Assembly: GCF_003704095.1 (NCBI RefSeq)
Contig: NW_020844534.1
Coordinates: 248,001 to 312,000 of the forward strand
DNA: 64,000 bases
Reading direction: 5' to 3'
DNA from: Pocillopora damicornis
Taxonomy: Eukaryota
Below are positions 23,718-36,862 of the stretch, piece after piece (positions within the stretch are counted from its first letter, which is position 1; every line of letters starts with the position of its first letter). The position numbers and the translations under genes were made by a program. The notes beneath the pieces are model-generated. The model had not been told where the DNA came from. It saw nothing but the letters and a program-made list of their open reading frames with translations, and made no database searches.

Positions 23718-25402
23718 CTGACAGTTACGTGTAGGATGCAAGGATAGACTAAGAGATAAGGAACTAGAAATTTCACCTTACTCCTAGCTCAATATTCCCA
23801 TATAAGTTGTCGTGAGAAGCAACTTTTGTTTCAGAACCCTTACGGAGTATAGAGATTGTTGATGAAAATACATCCTCGGCTTTTTTAAGTCATAAAGTTT
23901 TAGGGACTTGGTGTCCAAACTTAAGCCTAATTCTTCGACATCTTCCGTGACGTAGTTAAAAAAATCTGGGTTAAATGTCGATTAATTTAGTGTACCAGCT
24001 GTTGATCTTTCTAACAAAAGCACCAAATCTAGAACGGCACAGATCGTTTATTTGTGTCATGAGAAAAAATACACTAAAAAAGAAAATATTTGGTTAAATG
24101 TCTAACTTTGCTTTTGTGAAAGTTAGCAAATGGTTTTCTGTCACCCTTTGCTTTTTTCAAAAGCACTGTTTGGAGTCAATTACAGATAAGGAGTTGAAGG
24201 AGTTACCTCGCGGTCAGCGTATACTCATTCCTTTTTGCGAATGTTTTCACTTCTCTGCTGTTTTGCTACTTTGTGTCTGCCTTTGTGAAAGCGTCTTTAC
24301 GAGTTACCTCTTGAAATATCGTGAAGTAACTCTTTCGACTTAGCCCCTTATCTAAGCGCTCTTGGGGTCGTCACACAGTTCTTCCTCCCCTCGTGGGGAG
24401 GAACGACTTCGTGACGGGCTCAAGAATGTCTACATTAGTTTAGACTAATAATGTCCCTTCTGTACTTTGTCGACGAATGTTGAGAGAAATTTGAAAGACT
24501 TAATACCTCTACAACAAGTGGCGAGCCTTGTTGTTGTTCTAATAGTACTTGCGTCTTGTTGAGGCTCGTTCTAAAAGAACGCGCTGAGCCAATCTCCTTT
24601 CCAGGGTCACTTTTCTACTCGCCCTTGGGTTGGGGGATTGAAAGAGCCTGGGAAGGAGGTTGCGCGTCGCACCTCCTGGATGTTGGGAGGGAATTTAGTT
24701 TTATGTCAGCAAGGACTGCAAAAAAACTGTTATTGCGTCAGTGATACCATCGATGAAATACTATTTTACCTTAAGGTGTAAAACTCTATGCGAATGGCTG
24801 ATGAACAGAATAAAGATCGTTTTCAATTGACAGCGCCTGATATATTTTTTTTGGTTTACCCTATCACTCTGTTTGTTTTTAGGAAGGTTCATCATGTACA
24901 CAGCGAAAATGAAAGTCAATTTTTTTTCTCCATAATTTCGAAGATATCAGAAAGTAAAATAATTTCTTCGAGGATTTGGTGACGCCCGTAATGAATATGT
25001 TTTTAATGTATTTCCTTATATATTTATGTATTTGTTTGTTTCCATGTATCATCCTCGAAGACCTCTGTCATTATCAACGTTCTTTGCCATCCCTTTTAAA
25101 AAATCTAAAAGATCACGCAATCAATTAGATGTCAAACTGCCTTTAATAGAAACTGAAAACACTGGCAACGAGTCGCTGTGTGAGAGGAATAATATGTCCG
25201 ATAGGTAAAACTAGTAAAACTTAGTACCAAACGTTTCGTCTCACCAAAAGAAGGTTTCTAAAGTTTCATTATTTAAAAGTGTCTGTTACTCGATCAGCTA
25301 CTCTAGTCCGTGATTTGATAAAAAGCTAATTACTAAAAAACCAAAGAGGAACGTTTTTAAAGTCTAGAATGCAAAATATCAACTCCTCTACGGAGCGTTC
25401 AG

Positions 25403-27355
25403 TCAATCAATTTCCTCGACTATAGAACTGTATCTATTGGGGGTTGGCCTTGCACCCGAAGGTCCACCGCAGTAGCTGTTTTCCCGCCCTTGTTCCGGGG
25501 TCTCCTGTCCTTGTACCTTGGACATGACTGGTGAACACACTTGCTGTAGATCTCTTTGCTTTTCTTCATACTCCTCTTTTTCAGCTTCTTGATTGCGTTG
25601 CAACCAAGCAATCACTTCTTGTGCCTTGTCCTTCGCTATCTTCTTATCTACAGGATCAAGCTTGTGATCATTTTTCGGATCTTCTACAGCTTGTTTGACT
25701 TGGTGCGCATAGCCCTCCAGGTTGTTTTTTGCATTTACCTTGTCGCGTTTCTTCTCGTCTTCTTCCTTGTACTGCTCCGCTTCAGCCACCATGCGATCGA
25801 TGTCCGTTTTGGACAGCCTTCCCTTGTCGTTGGTGATAGTGATGTTGTTGCTATTCCCAGTGCTCTGATCCTTGGCGGAAACAGTTAAGATCCCGTCGGC
25901 ATCAACATCGAAGGAGACCTCGATCCTGGGCACACCTCGTGGTGCAGGGGGAATTCCTTTCAGATCAAATCGTCCCAGTAGATTGTTGTCTTTGGTGAAG
26001 GCACGCTCTCCTTCAAACACCTGGATGGTAACGGCTGTTTGATTGTCTGAGTAAGTTGAGAAATCTTCCTTAGAAACTTGCGCTGGAATCTTTGTATTGC
26101 GTTGAACTATAGTGGTCATTACCCCACCGGCGGTTTCAATCCCGAGACTTAAGGGTGCAACGTCGAGCAGCAGGATATCCTTGAGTTCGGAACTTCTGTT
26201 TCCGGACAAGACCGCTGCCTGGATAGCGGCACCATACGCCACGGCCTCGTCAGGGTTGATTGATTTGTTCAGCTGTTTTCCTTCGAAGAATTCTTCTAAC
26301 AGACTCTGAATCTTTGGGATTCTTGTAGATCCTCCAACGAGAACCACGTCATGCACTTTGCGTTTGTTAAGCTTCGCATCTTTAAGGGCAGTTTCCACTG
26401 GGTCGAGGCATGAGCGGAACAGATCCATACAGAGCTCTTCAAATTTGGCACGGGTTATTCTGGAGTAGAAATCAATTCCCTCGAACAGTGAATCGATCTC
26501 TATATTAGCTTGGGTTGCAGACGACAGAGTTTTCTTGGCTCTTTCGCATGCGGTCCTCAGGCGACGCAAGGATTTCGGGTTGGTCTTGAGATCCTTCTTG
26601 TTTTTCTGCTTGAAATCTGACACAAAATAGTCCACCATGCGGTTGTCGAAATCTTCTCCACCAAGATGTGTGTTGCCAGCTGTGGAGAGAACCTGGAAGA
26701 AGGAACCTTCGTCGATAGTTAGCACAGAGACGTCAAAGGTCCCTCCACCAAGGTCGAAAATCAACACGTTCTTTTCGCCGCTGAGGTTTTTCTCCAAACC
26801 GTACGCGAGGGCGGCGGCAGTGGGCTCATTAATGATTCTCTTGACATTCAGCCCTGCTATTGTTCCAGCATCTTTGGTGGCCTGTCGCTGTGAATCGTTG
26901 AAGTATGCTGGTACTGTGACAACAGCATCATGAACGGTCTGGCCCAGGTAAGCTTCGGCTATCTCTTTCATCTTGGTTAGGACCATGGCACTGATTTCCT
27001 CCGGCGTAAAATTTTTCGCCGCGCCTTTATACTGCACGCGGATTTTGGGTTTCCCATTCTCGCTGACTACTTCGAAGGGCCAATTTTTTCTGTCGGATTG
27101 AACCAGGGGGTCGTTGAATTTCCTACCAATAAGTCTCTTGGCATCAAAGATTGTATTGTTTGGGTTAAGAGTTGCTTGATTCTTGGCCGCATCTCCTATC
27201 AAGCGCTCCGTTTCATTGAAGGCGACATAGCTCGGGGTCGTTCGGTTTCCTTGATCGTTGGCGATAATCTCAACTTTACCGTGTTGAAATACTCCAACGC
27301 AGGAGTAAGTTGTTCCAAGGTCGATACCAATCGGGAGAGCCAACTCGTCAGACAT
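25403..27355 (-). CDS. HSP70: Intronless cytosolic HSP70, inducible type, 650 aa
   Basis: Signatures [22 protein letters not shown] and [14 protein letters not shown]; no signal peptide; no GGMP repeats; ends in EEID. Confidence 0.98.
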   Translation of the reverse strand: MSDELALPIGIDLGTTYSCVGVFQHGKVEIIANDQGNRTTPSYVAFNETERLIGDAAKNQATLNPNNTIFDAKRLIGRKFNDPLVQSDRKNWPFEVVSENGKPKIRVQYKGAAKNFTPEEISAMVLTKMKEIAEAYLGQTVHDAVVTVPAYFNDSQRQATKDAGTIAGLNVKRIINEPTAAALAYGLEKNLSGEKNVLIFDLGGGTFDVSVLTIDEGSFFQVLSTAGNTHLGGEDFDNRMVDYFVSDFKQKNKKDLKTNPKSLRRLRTACERAKKTLSSATQANIEIDSLFEGIDFYSRITRAKFEELCMDLFRSCLDPVETALKDAKLNKRKVHDVVLVGGSTRIPKIQSLLEEFFEGKQLNKSINPDEAVAYGAAIQAAVLSGNRSSELKDILLLDVAPLSLGIETAGGVMTTIVQRNTKIPAQVSKEDFSTYSDNQTAVTIQVFEGERAFTKDNNLLGRFDLKGIPPAPRGVPRIEVSFDVDADGILTVSAKDQSTGNSNNITITNDKGRLSKTDIDRMVAEAEQYKEEDEKKRDKVNAKNNLEGYAHQVKQAVEDPKNDHKLDPVDKKIAKDKAQEVIAWLQRNQEAEKEEYEEKQRDLQQVCSPVMSKVQGQETPEQGRENSYCGGPSGARPTPNRYSSIVEEID

Positions 27356-27452
27356 CTTCTCTAGCTTCTGATGATTTTTTTCAAGTCTTAGTTATTGCCG
27401 AGTTTTTTTCAGTATCGACAAAATTTGAACCTCGTCACAAAACGATCTCCGA

Positions 27453-27458
27453 TTTATA
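27453..27458 (-). promoter_or_regulatory. TATA box of HSP70
   Basis: TATAAA on the minus strand about 100 bp upstream of the ATG. Confidence 0.55.
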
Positions 27459-27887
27459 TCACTGATCCGAAAAAACCGTGCATAAGTTTCCTAAAATAAA
27501 TAAATCATTTTGCTTACATCATTTTTTGGATAACAGCCAAATAAATTTATTTTGTTTTTGGTTAATTAACAATCAGTGGTCGGGATAATTTTCTTATTTT
27601 AACAAAGCACTCGACGATGCTAAAGTCATTCCGTTTTCGGTCTCCGTTTCAGTTCCTGCGCGAGCGAGCGAGCGAGCGCACATGGTTTGCTTTAGCCGTG
27701 AGAGAAGAACTTTGCTTATTTCCCATTAAGGTGGAGTTATGGATTGTATGAATATGAGTAAAAATCAAAGGACTCTTTTCTGCCGAATTTCTCCCATTTT
27801 TTTCTCTCGCTCCAGCCTCCCTCCTCATCTCGATTGGCGTGGGTGGCTACGTGGTGTATGATAAGCCACGTATGTACCTAAACCAAC

Positions 27888-30800
27888 ATGGCCGCAGCGA
27901 AGTCAACTCTCTTAGTTTTAGGGATACTGGTTCATATCATCTATCTTGCGTCCATATTCGATATTTATTTTACTTCTCCCCTAGTTCATGGCATGACCCC
28001 TTACCAATCGACTCTAAAGGCGCCCGCAAAGAGGTTGGTTTTATTTGTTGCCGACGGATTACGAGCAGACAAATTTTATGAACTTGATGAACGCGGAAAA
28101 ACTCGCGCACCATATTTAAGAGATTTGATCGAAACAAAAGCCAGTTGGGGTGTTTCTCACACACGAGTACCTACAGAGTCTCGGCCTGGACATGTGGCCC
28201 TCATTGCTGGGTTCTACGAAGATGTCAGCGCCGTGGCCAAAGGTTCGTGATAAAGTTGCTTGTAGTCTTAACAAATATAATCACGTCTTATGCTCAATTT
28301 TTAGAGAGAGTATAACTTTTCTTACGAGCCCAAGGTTTTCAAAGAAATAACTGTTATTTGGAGTGATGTCCATAATCCAGCAATAGATGTAAATCAAGAA
28401 GCTCTTTGATCTCACGTCCTCTTTTACTTTTAGTTATGAGAACCTCCCGTGAATAAGATCTATGATTGGACTATGAAAATAGCAGTTGCTTTCGAAACCA
28501 ACTTTGGGAAAATTGAAACTAGATACTTCTAGTATGTTCTTCTGACAAGCAATTTCATTATTATTTCTTATTCTGTATTGATGAAGACTCGGCCCTTGTT
28601 AGTTTGGCAAATGATCTATCATTTGCATATCTTTACTGTAGGTTTATGACGCTCAGGACCTTTTAGAAATGAGAAGCTCAGTTTCTGAGAAAATTGAAAC
28701 TTTACCCATTTGGTTTTCCCCAAAGGAGAAAAATCTAAGGTTAGGTATGACTTAAGTTGTTTTGCAATTTTGCTTTCAGTGTGTAATATGTTATAATTAG
28801 ACTGATTTCAATCTCCTGTTGATAAATTTTGTGGCTCCTATACCCATATTTGGCGTGAGTGAACTTTGTTACTTTTTCTTTCCAAAATTATTGAAAGCAA
28901 TTAAATAAATTCAGAATCTATGCAAGTTACTGAGCTTATAGGTTTGCTTTAGGATGATAATATAAATGAGCTGCAATTATAAGAATATGGAGATGGACTT
29001 TCTATTTACTTGTATAATAAAAATAGCGTTAATTCCAGTTTTACCGCAATTTCTGGTTGATTTCATGCTGGTAATCTGTTAATTTTTCCACAAACAGTTG
29101 TTAGTACAGGTTATAGGAAGGTGCAAGTAATACACTAATTTTTAAAGCTTCCTGTATAGTTTTTAAACTATAAGCCAGAAGAAACAGAGATGATGATAAG
29201 ATCCACTAAAGATACCCATCAAAAGACCTGTGCAATAACTCATTTATTTTGCACAGATTGCTCGGTATTATAAGAGACTTTTTCTTTCCAAAATTATTGA
29301 AAGCAATGAAATAAATTCAGAATCTATGCAAGTTACTGAGCTTACAGGTTTGCTTTAGGATGATGATAATATAAATGAGCTGCAATTATAAGAATATGGA
29401 GATGGACTTTCTCTTTACTTGTATAATAAAAATAGCGTTAATTCCAGTATTACCGTAATTTCTGGTTGATTTCACACTGGTAATCTGTTAATTTTTCCAC
29501 AAACAGTTGTTGGTGCAGGTTATAGGAAGGTGCAGGTAATACACTAATTTTTAAAGCTTCCTGTATAGTTTTTTAAGCTATAAGCCAGAAGAAACAGAGA
29601 TGATAATAAGATCCACTAAAGATACCCATCAAAAGACCTGTGCAATAACCCATTTGTTTTGCACAGATTGCTCAGTATTATAAGAGACTTTTAAGACTTT
29701 TTTAAAAGATATCTTCAAAACTCAATAACAAAAGCTTTTATCTTGTTTGTACTCTTACTTTCTTACCTTGTCAATTTCTCAGCTTGTTTCTTTGTTTGGT
29801 TTAAAAAACAATTCAAGCGATTTCTTCAACTCATAGATCTTGAGATATCGATTTCTTTTGAAAGCAGATTTTTACAACTGGTATCATTCTCAATGAAACA
29901 TTGAAAGCAAGAAGTGTGAAAATTTATTAATTGCATGCTCAAGGATATCATGTCAACAAAAGCAATGGAGGAACTTTGTGTGAGTTGACAATTTTCTTTT
30001 ATTTTTGGGTGCGGGTTATCTGCCAGTGCGGCCCGAAATCTGTTGAAATTTTTTCTCATTATTGCAAAAATTAACCTATACAGGTAATTAGCTGTATAGG
30101 TAAATAACCAGAAATTACAGTAAATTTATGATGGACAGAACTTTACACTTGATATTAAGCAAACACTTAACAATATATTGAATTGTTCAGTGGGGAGCAT
30201 TGATATTTCTGTGTAATCCTTTAAATCCTAAAATCTGATTATTAATTCTCCCCTCTAGCTACTACAAATTTCCTTGTAAATTAGGTACAAGAATTTGGTG
30301 TTAGACAAGGCAGCAACTTTAACATGATAAGTTTGTGTATTCTCACTACCTGTTTGCTGGATCATGTATGGATAATGGAAGGATAATTTACATATCAATT
30401 ACTTCTGGGAGTCAAAGATTTAACTTGTTGTCCAAACTCCATAGACCCGTTTTGTTTTCCTCCAAAATACTATCATGGATATTATGAATGGATGCAAATA
30501 CAAAACTTGTATGTGTTTATGATCTTTTCCTTCAAACAAGTGTTGATTCCATTTCTTTTCTCCTCAGTGGACTCGCATTTTGAAAATTTTGCCTTCCAAT
30601 GAAAGAAGTGTTCTTGGACAAGTTGCTCAAAATGATAATATGGGACTCATGCAATTTAAATCAAGAATTCAGAATTTGTTGTTTAGTGTTACATACCTGA
30701 CCAACCAGAGCAAATAAACAAATTCTTATCAAGTAGGATTTTATGTTCCAGCTTCCAGTTAAATAATAAAAAAAAGAAAACAGTGGCCGTCTTTTAGCTA

Positions 30801-31959
30801 TTCCCACCCATATTCCAAAACTTGGGCTTCTCCCTTGAGTCAGTCTTTTCCCTCCTAGAAGTGATCAACAAGTATTTTTTCCTAACAATATCTTAACCTA
30901 GTCAAGCAGACAGGTAATGAGAAGAAAGAAAAGCATAATAAACAAGGGAATTTTGTTCAATTGAACACCAAATTCTCAAAGAGAAAGTTATTGGAAATGT
31001 ATAGCAGACAGTAGGGAGAACTGATGTTGAGATTGTGGTTGTAGAAGGCCTAGTTTACCCCTTCTCTCCCCTTTACATGTATATACCAGCCATGCAGGCT
31101 AGAGGTTGGCTAGACTTTGATTTTGATGGATGTCACTATCAAAACTCTTCAAATGATTTAAAAAAAATTATTTTCAGCATATTAAAGAGATTTGGATGGA
31201 GGCCTAAAACCACACTGTTTGAATCAAACATTAAAAATCTGAGTTTTGACAAACCGATGGCATCAGTAGGGATAATATTATCCCAGATGATGCCATTGAT
31301 TTAAACAGTAGTTAACCCTTTACGCCCAAAGGTCTGTAGTGTTTCCTAAGATGCAGAGAAGGAGGATTTGTTTGACAATCAAGAGCTTCTTTATTTGGTG
31401 ATAATTTCCTTTATTCAGAAGTGATGTTGCAAGGAGAATGAGAAGCTAGTCACTCTTAGGGAGTCAAAGAGTTAAGGCCTCTCCCAAATTACAATTCTAT
31501 TTTTACTGCTATGGATTACTCACCACACTATATGTTGCTTCCTTTTTCTAGGTTGGAAAGAGAACCCAGTGGAGTTTGATTCTACCTTTAATGAAAGCAG
31601 ATACACATGGGCTTGGGGAAGCCCTGATATCCTGCCAATGTTTGCCAAGGGAGCCAGTGGAAACCATGTTTTTACATCCATGTATGAAGATGTTGCAGAA
31701 GACTTTGCAAATGAGGATGCTGCTAAGCTTGATACTTGGGTGTTTAATGAAGTAAGAAAGTTCTTTAGTGCTTCAATGAATAATGAAACTTTGAAGAGGA
31801 TGCTTCATGAAGAGAAAATTGTTTTTTTCTTTCACCTTCTAGGTAAGTGCTTTCCATAAATACCACTAGGTTTCTTAAAGATGTGGCATTGTTCACTGCT
31901 CCTGCACTTCTTACCTGTAAGATACAAAGTATCTGGTTTTTTTTGTGTTTTGTTTTTTG

Positions 31960-31990
<31 letters not shown>

Positions 31991-34900
31991 GTGATTAAGT
32001 AGTTGTAAAGTAGTTTCCCACAATGTTTTTTTCAAGACCTTTGAATACCCATTTGTGGTATGGTGCTTTCTCAAGTGTAGTATCTATAGAAATAAAGGGG
32101 GCAAGTTTCTAAAGAAACTGTGGTTCTGTGTTGGTGGAGAGTATAACAAGATAAATTGTCTTGAAGTATCCATTAGGATTATGACTGGGAAACTGCACAA
32201 ATAGTCATTTATCTTTCTTTCTTCCTTATGTGTACCAACACTTAAACTTTCATGAAATATTTTGTTTAAAAACTAATGAAGACAGCTTGGAGTGTCACTG
32301 GATTTTAAAAATTGTACACTTAACACTAGATGATAATCACTTCATGATTCAGAGGGTTCTTAGGCATTGCCATTTCATATTTTTGGTAATTAATGAATTT
32401 ACCCACCTTTAGGAGCAGCATAGTTTTGTGAAAAATGCTATATCAAATCAAGTCTACCTACTTTTTATCAGTATAAGTATTGTTTGACTTTTGTGATTGT
32501 TTTCAGGAATTGACACCAATGGCCATGCACACAGACCAACCTCCCAAGAGTATCTTAGGAATATTGCTGTTGTGGACAAAGGGATAAAAGACATGGAAAA
32601 TTTAATTGAAGAATTTTATGGTCATGATCATCGAACAGCATTTGTGTTGACAGCTGATCATGGGATGACTAACTGGGGGTCCCATGGGGCAGGACATCCT
32701 CACGAAACACTGACACCCTTAGTAGCTTGGGGAGCTGGTGTGCAAGGACCAATGGCTCCTGCACAAGGTGTTGATATTGCTGAAGAGACAATCAAGTGGA
32801 ATCTCGGTCATCTGAAAAGAATAGATGTCAATCAAGCTGATATTGCACCACTGATGACTTCTCTGATTGGTGGGTTTGTATTTAACAACATCCATCAGCT
32901 TAAACAGCTCTTTTTTTTATAAAAGAATAATTTCATTTTCTTGTTTTCCATTGACTCAATAAGTAAATAAAAACACAGCATGAAGTAAGCTTTTTGCACA
33001 GTATGATCATTGCAAGTTATCCAAATTTTGCCACGGGATAAATCCTTCATCGACCTCAGTCAAGATGGCTGTATATTGGGGTTGTTCCTCTGTTGAGCTT
33101 TCATTTACCATTATTTTTGTCTCTGTCAATAACTTGCCTATTATCCCGCAGCAGATAACACAGTTTATTTTCTGATCAGGTGTTCCATTTCCTCTGAACT
33201 CTGTGGGAATTTTACCATTGGACTATCTCAACAACTCTGAGCAATACCTTGCAGAAAACCTCTTCATGAATTCACAGCAGATTCTTGCTCAATATGATGT
33301 GAAAGAATTGTTCAGAAAGGAAACTTCTCTCTGGTTTCGGCCCTTCTCTTCCTTGGCAGGTATAATCCTTTTAGTTTATACTGTAGGGGGTTGTTATTTT
33401 CTTAGTGCCAACATGAAAGGAGGCCCCAACAAAACGAAAAGGGGGTAAGTTTCCAAAGAAACTATGATGCTGCATCAGTGGAGGGTATAACAAGAAAATT
33501 TAGTTTTGAGCGCTGAGTTGATAATGTAAATTTGCCACCTCAAAGAGTTTCTAGGCTGACCTTTCAAGAGTTAGCCCTTCGTCTGTACCAGATAAGCAAC
33601 AATGTTAGAGGACTTATTTTAAAAAGTAAGAAACATTTCATAATAAATAATATGATGATACACCCCACACTCTTAATCGGCCCTCTCAGAAATCCCAAAC
33701 CCCTAGCCCCATTCCCCCTCCCTCCCTACTCTCCCTCTGTGTGACTACTATACTGGTTCTTCTACAAATACCGATTGGAAATTGAGATGTTTTTCGTTTG
33801 TTGTTCTTGTCATATAGGTGCAAAGAAAACAGGAATGATTCGTGACATAAAAGAGTTCATGCGAGCCAAGAAGTATAAAGAAGCCGAGAGCCTAAGCAGA
33901 GGTCTAATCAATCTTGCATTAGAAGGACTCAATTACTACCAGAACTACGACAGGGTTTTCTTAAATTTAGTGGTTACTCTTGGATTTTTGGGATGGATAT
34001 CGTGCATCATCCTTCAGATTGTCGAAGATCATAGCGAAGTCATCAAAGAGGCGTCCAAACTCGATAAAGGGAGTGTCCAGCCAATGGTGGAGACGGTGCC
34101 TTTAAACACCGCAACTTTGGTCCTCGCTTTTCTCGCACTAATTCTTTTGTTTATTCAAAAAGCGCCTTGGATGTATTACAGCTACTGCTTATTGCCCTTG
34201 GTGTTTTGGAACCGCATTGCCAAGAGACTTCACGTGGTCAAAGCGGCTTGGAGATATATCCGTGCAAAACAGTTGCAGCATAGAGTTCTGTTTACCTTCA
34301 TGTTCGGTTGTTTCTCGTTAGAGATTCTAGTCATGAGCTTCTTCAGGCGAGAGATTCTCTCTGTTGGTCTCATCTGTCTTGCTCTGTGGCCTTTCACCAC
34401 TCAATTGTACAGAACTTGCAGGCCATCTGTAGCAGGTTGGCTGATCCTCAACTTCGCTCTCTCCGTGTTTCCTGTTCTTCCTGTTGTCGGACGTGAAGCC
34501 AACTATTTCTTGGTGACTGCGGCAGGATTCTTAACTTTGATCATTTTCTCGTCTCTGTTGTTTTACGTTTCCAGTGTGTCTTACTCACTTAGGACAGAAT
34601 TAACAAAATCATGTAAAATCCTGCTCCCTCAAGCACTTCTCACGGGATTAGCAATTTATATCGTGAACAGTACAGCAGCGAGTCTACAACAAAAACTCGG
34701 ACTCCCATTAGTAAACCAACTTGGTAGTTGGACTATTCTTATATCGTCTTTTCTGTTACCTCTGATCAACTCGAGTAATTTAACGGTCCGATTGTCGAGT
34801 ATAGCTATAGCGTTTTCCTCATTATATATATTGATGAGTACTGCCTATGAAGGCCTGTTTTTGTTAGTCCTCTCGCTGCTAATGGGTGCATGGCTTTTGT

Positions 34901-35490
34901 CTGAGCACAAACTTTCTGGCAAAACCCTTGACGCGCTGTTAGAAACTCAACTAAGTAACGACAGCTCCACGAGCACCCATCAGCCAGCTTGGAAAGCGCT
35001 TACAAGAGGCATGGACACCCCTGTAACGAGAAAACTCACTCTAGAGGACCTTCGCTGCGCTTATTTCTTCGTGTTCTTTATCGTAGTGGCCTTCTTTGGA
35101 ACAGGAAACATTGCTAGTATAAACAGCTTTGATCCCGCGTCCGTTTATTGCTTCCTGACTGTATTCTCGCCCTTCGTTATGGGAAGTTTACTGCTCTGTA
35201 AAGTGCTTATTCCGTTTGTGATTGTAGCATGTGCATTCGACGCAATACACGTGGTGCTCTCGATCCCAGTTCAAAGTCTAGTTTTGGTAGTGCTAGTGAT
35301 GACGGATTTAATGGGACTGCATTTCTTTTACCTTGTGCAGGATAGCGGTAGTTGGCTAGACATTGGGACAAGTATCAGCCATTTTGTTATCATGATGGCC
35401 TTTATTATATTCTTGCTTCCAATATTCGGTCTGGCTAGGCTCTTCACAGGTGCGTCCTTAGCATTCAGGACGAGCAAGAAAATAGCCTAA
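27888..35490 (+). CDS. PIGN: GPI ethanolamine phosphate transferase 1, 5 exons, about 953 aa
   Basis: Exons 27888-28242, 31552-31842, 32507-32869, 33180-33359 and 33818-35490 total 2862 nt in frame. Motifs: [118 protein letters not shown]; C-terminal KKIA. Confidence 0.97.
28871..29690. repeat. Recent tandem duplication, two units of about 408 bp, in PIGN intron 1
   Basis: ACTTTTTCTTTCCAAAATTATTGAAAGC starts at about 28871 and again at about 29277; both units end TATTATAAGAGACTTT and differ at few positions. Confidence 0.95.
33441..33590 (-). mobile_element. Penelope-associated repeat with a decayed hammerhead-like motif
   Basis: Minus strand reads CAGACGAAGGGCTAACTCTTGAAAGGTCAGC; flanks match the copies at 38480-38720, about 41295-41400 and about 32097-32160. 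Confidence 0.55.
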
Positions 35491-36862
35491 AGGGCGGAAC
35501 ACACGAGCCGACAATGTGCTTCAGCAGGTCCCACTCCAAATCACCCCTTACGTACCGTTAGCACTGCCTGAAAAACGCGTCGTTGCGACTTGTTTTAAGG
35601 ACAGAATGCTGTCCAGGGGATACAGCTTTTCATGAAAAAAAACCTCATGTCACACGTAGCGAATTGTCGCTGAATGTGTTCTGACCGTCAATAGGCCACA
35701 CTTAGTTCGCTCAAACCTTAAGGAAATTTTAAGATATAACTGAGTAAGGTTAAATATTGAAATAGTAACTTATGACTAAAGAAACAAAAGGAACATGCAT
35801 GTAGGAAAGCCAAAATTGGAATGAGAGGGCAAATTTCAAACGATTTGTCTGTGAGGATACTTTAAATACAAAGGACCAAATTCTTTCAAGTTTACACAGC
35901 CTTCTTGAAAGTTTTATCCTGAACACTCTGAAATCAAGACAGGTATCTACTTTGCCAGATTAAACAATAGGAGTCTAAACCTATCGAAAATTATCCGCAT
36001 TTTAAACTAGGTCCTATAGCAAAAATGAAGAAACAACTCTGCAACGTATTGACGTTAAGTTTGATTTAGCATTTTTCCGTTCATCGCGATGAGTAAAATG
36101 TGGAATAACCACCTCAGTCTTAATTCCAGTAGATTCATCGGACTTTCTATGTATTTGTTAGCACTTCTGGGATTGCAAACCTGGTTTCAGTTAGTTAACC
36201 CTTTCTCACTCAGGATCTCATTAAGTAATTCTCCTTACTGTCTGTCATACAATTCTTACGATGTTAGTTTGGAGAATTTGGTACGGATCAACTAATCATC
36301 CCCTAATTGGTATTTATCTTTGTTCTTATCATTCGCCGGCTTGTTACTGTATTGATGTCGTTCAGAGAAATTCTGTCATGGTCGCTCACGGGAGTAAGAG
36401 CCTTGTATGCTATATCATGTGACCAAGCATGTATATGGCTCAGTTTTTTCCTTTTTTTTAAGTTTTCTCTCAAACGTCACTTGAATTATCAACCGAACAG
36501 AGATTGTATGCCGCATCGTTGTGAATAAAGTATTATCAAATCCTGTCAATTCTGTTATGTAGGTACGCACGAAGCGAAAGATTTTAAAATCTTTTTACGA
36601 GATTTCCAAATCCACGTCATGGGCTGATTGTTTCCTCGTTTTCTATCCCACACTCTCCAATTCCCATAACTATTCTACCATTTCATTCCCGAGCATGTGG
36701 TTGGTTTGATCGACACCTTTACGTACTGTCAACCAATAGGAAGGCGCTATTCCCACGAGTCGAACTTTTCCACAATCAACGCTGAAACTGTTAGAACATT
36801 AGTCTGCTTGAACAGTGCCATTGGTTGGCAACTCCTGCCTGCAGATTAAGTCTTTAATAACC

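Noticed and set aside
25556-27364. Several + strand ORFs opposite HSP70
   Set aside because: Antisense shadow ORFs are a known by-product of HSP70 codon usage.
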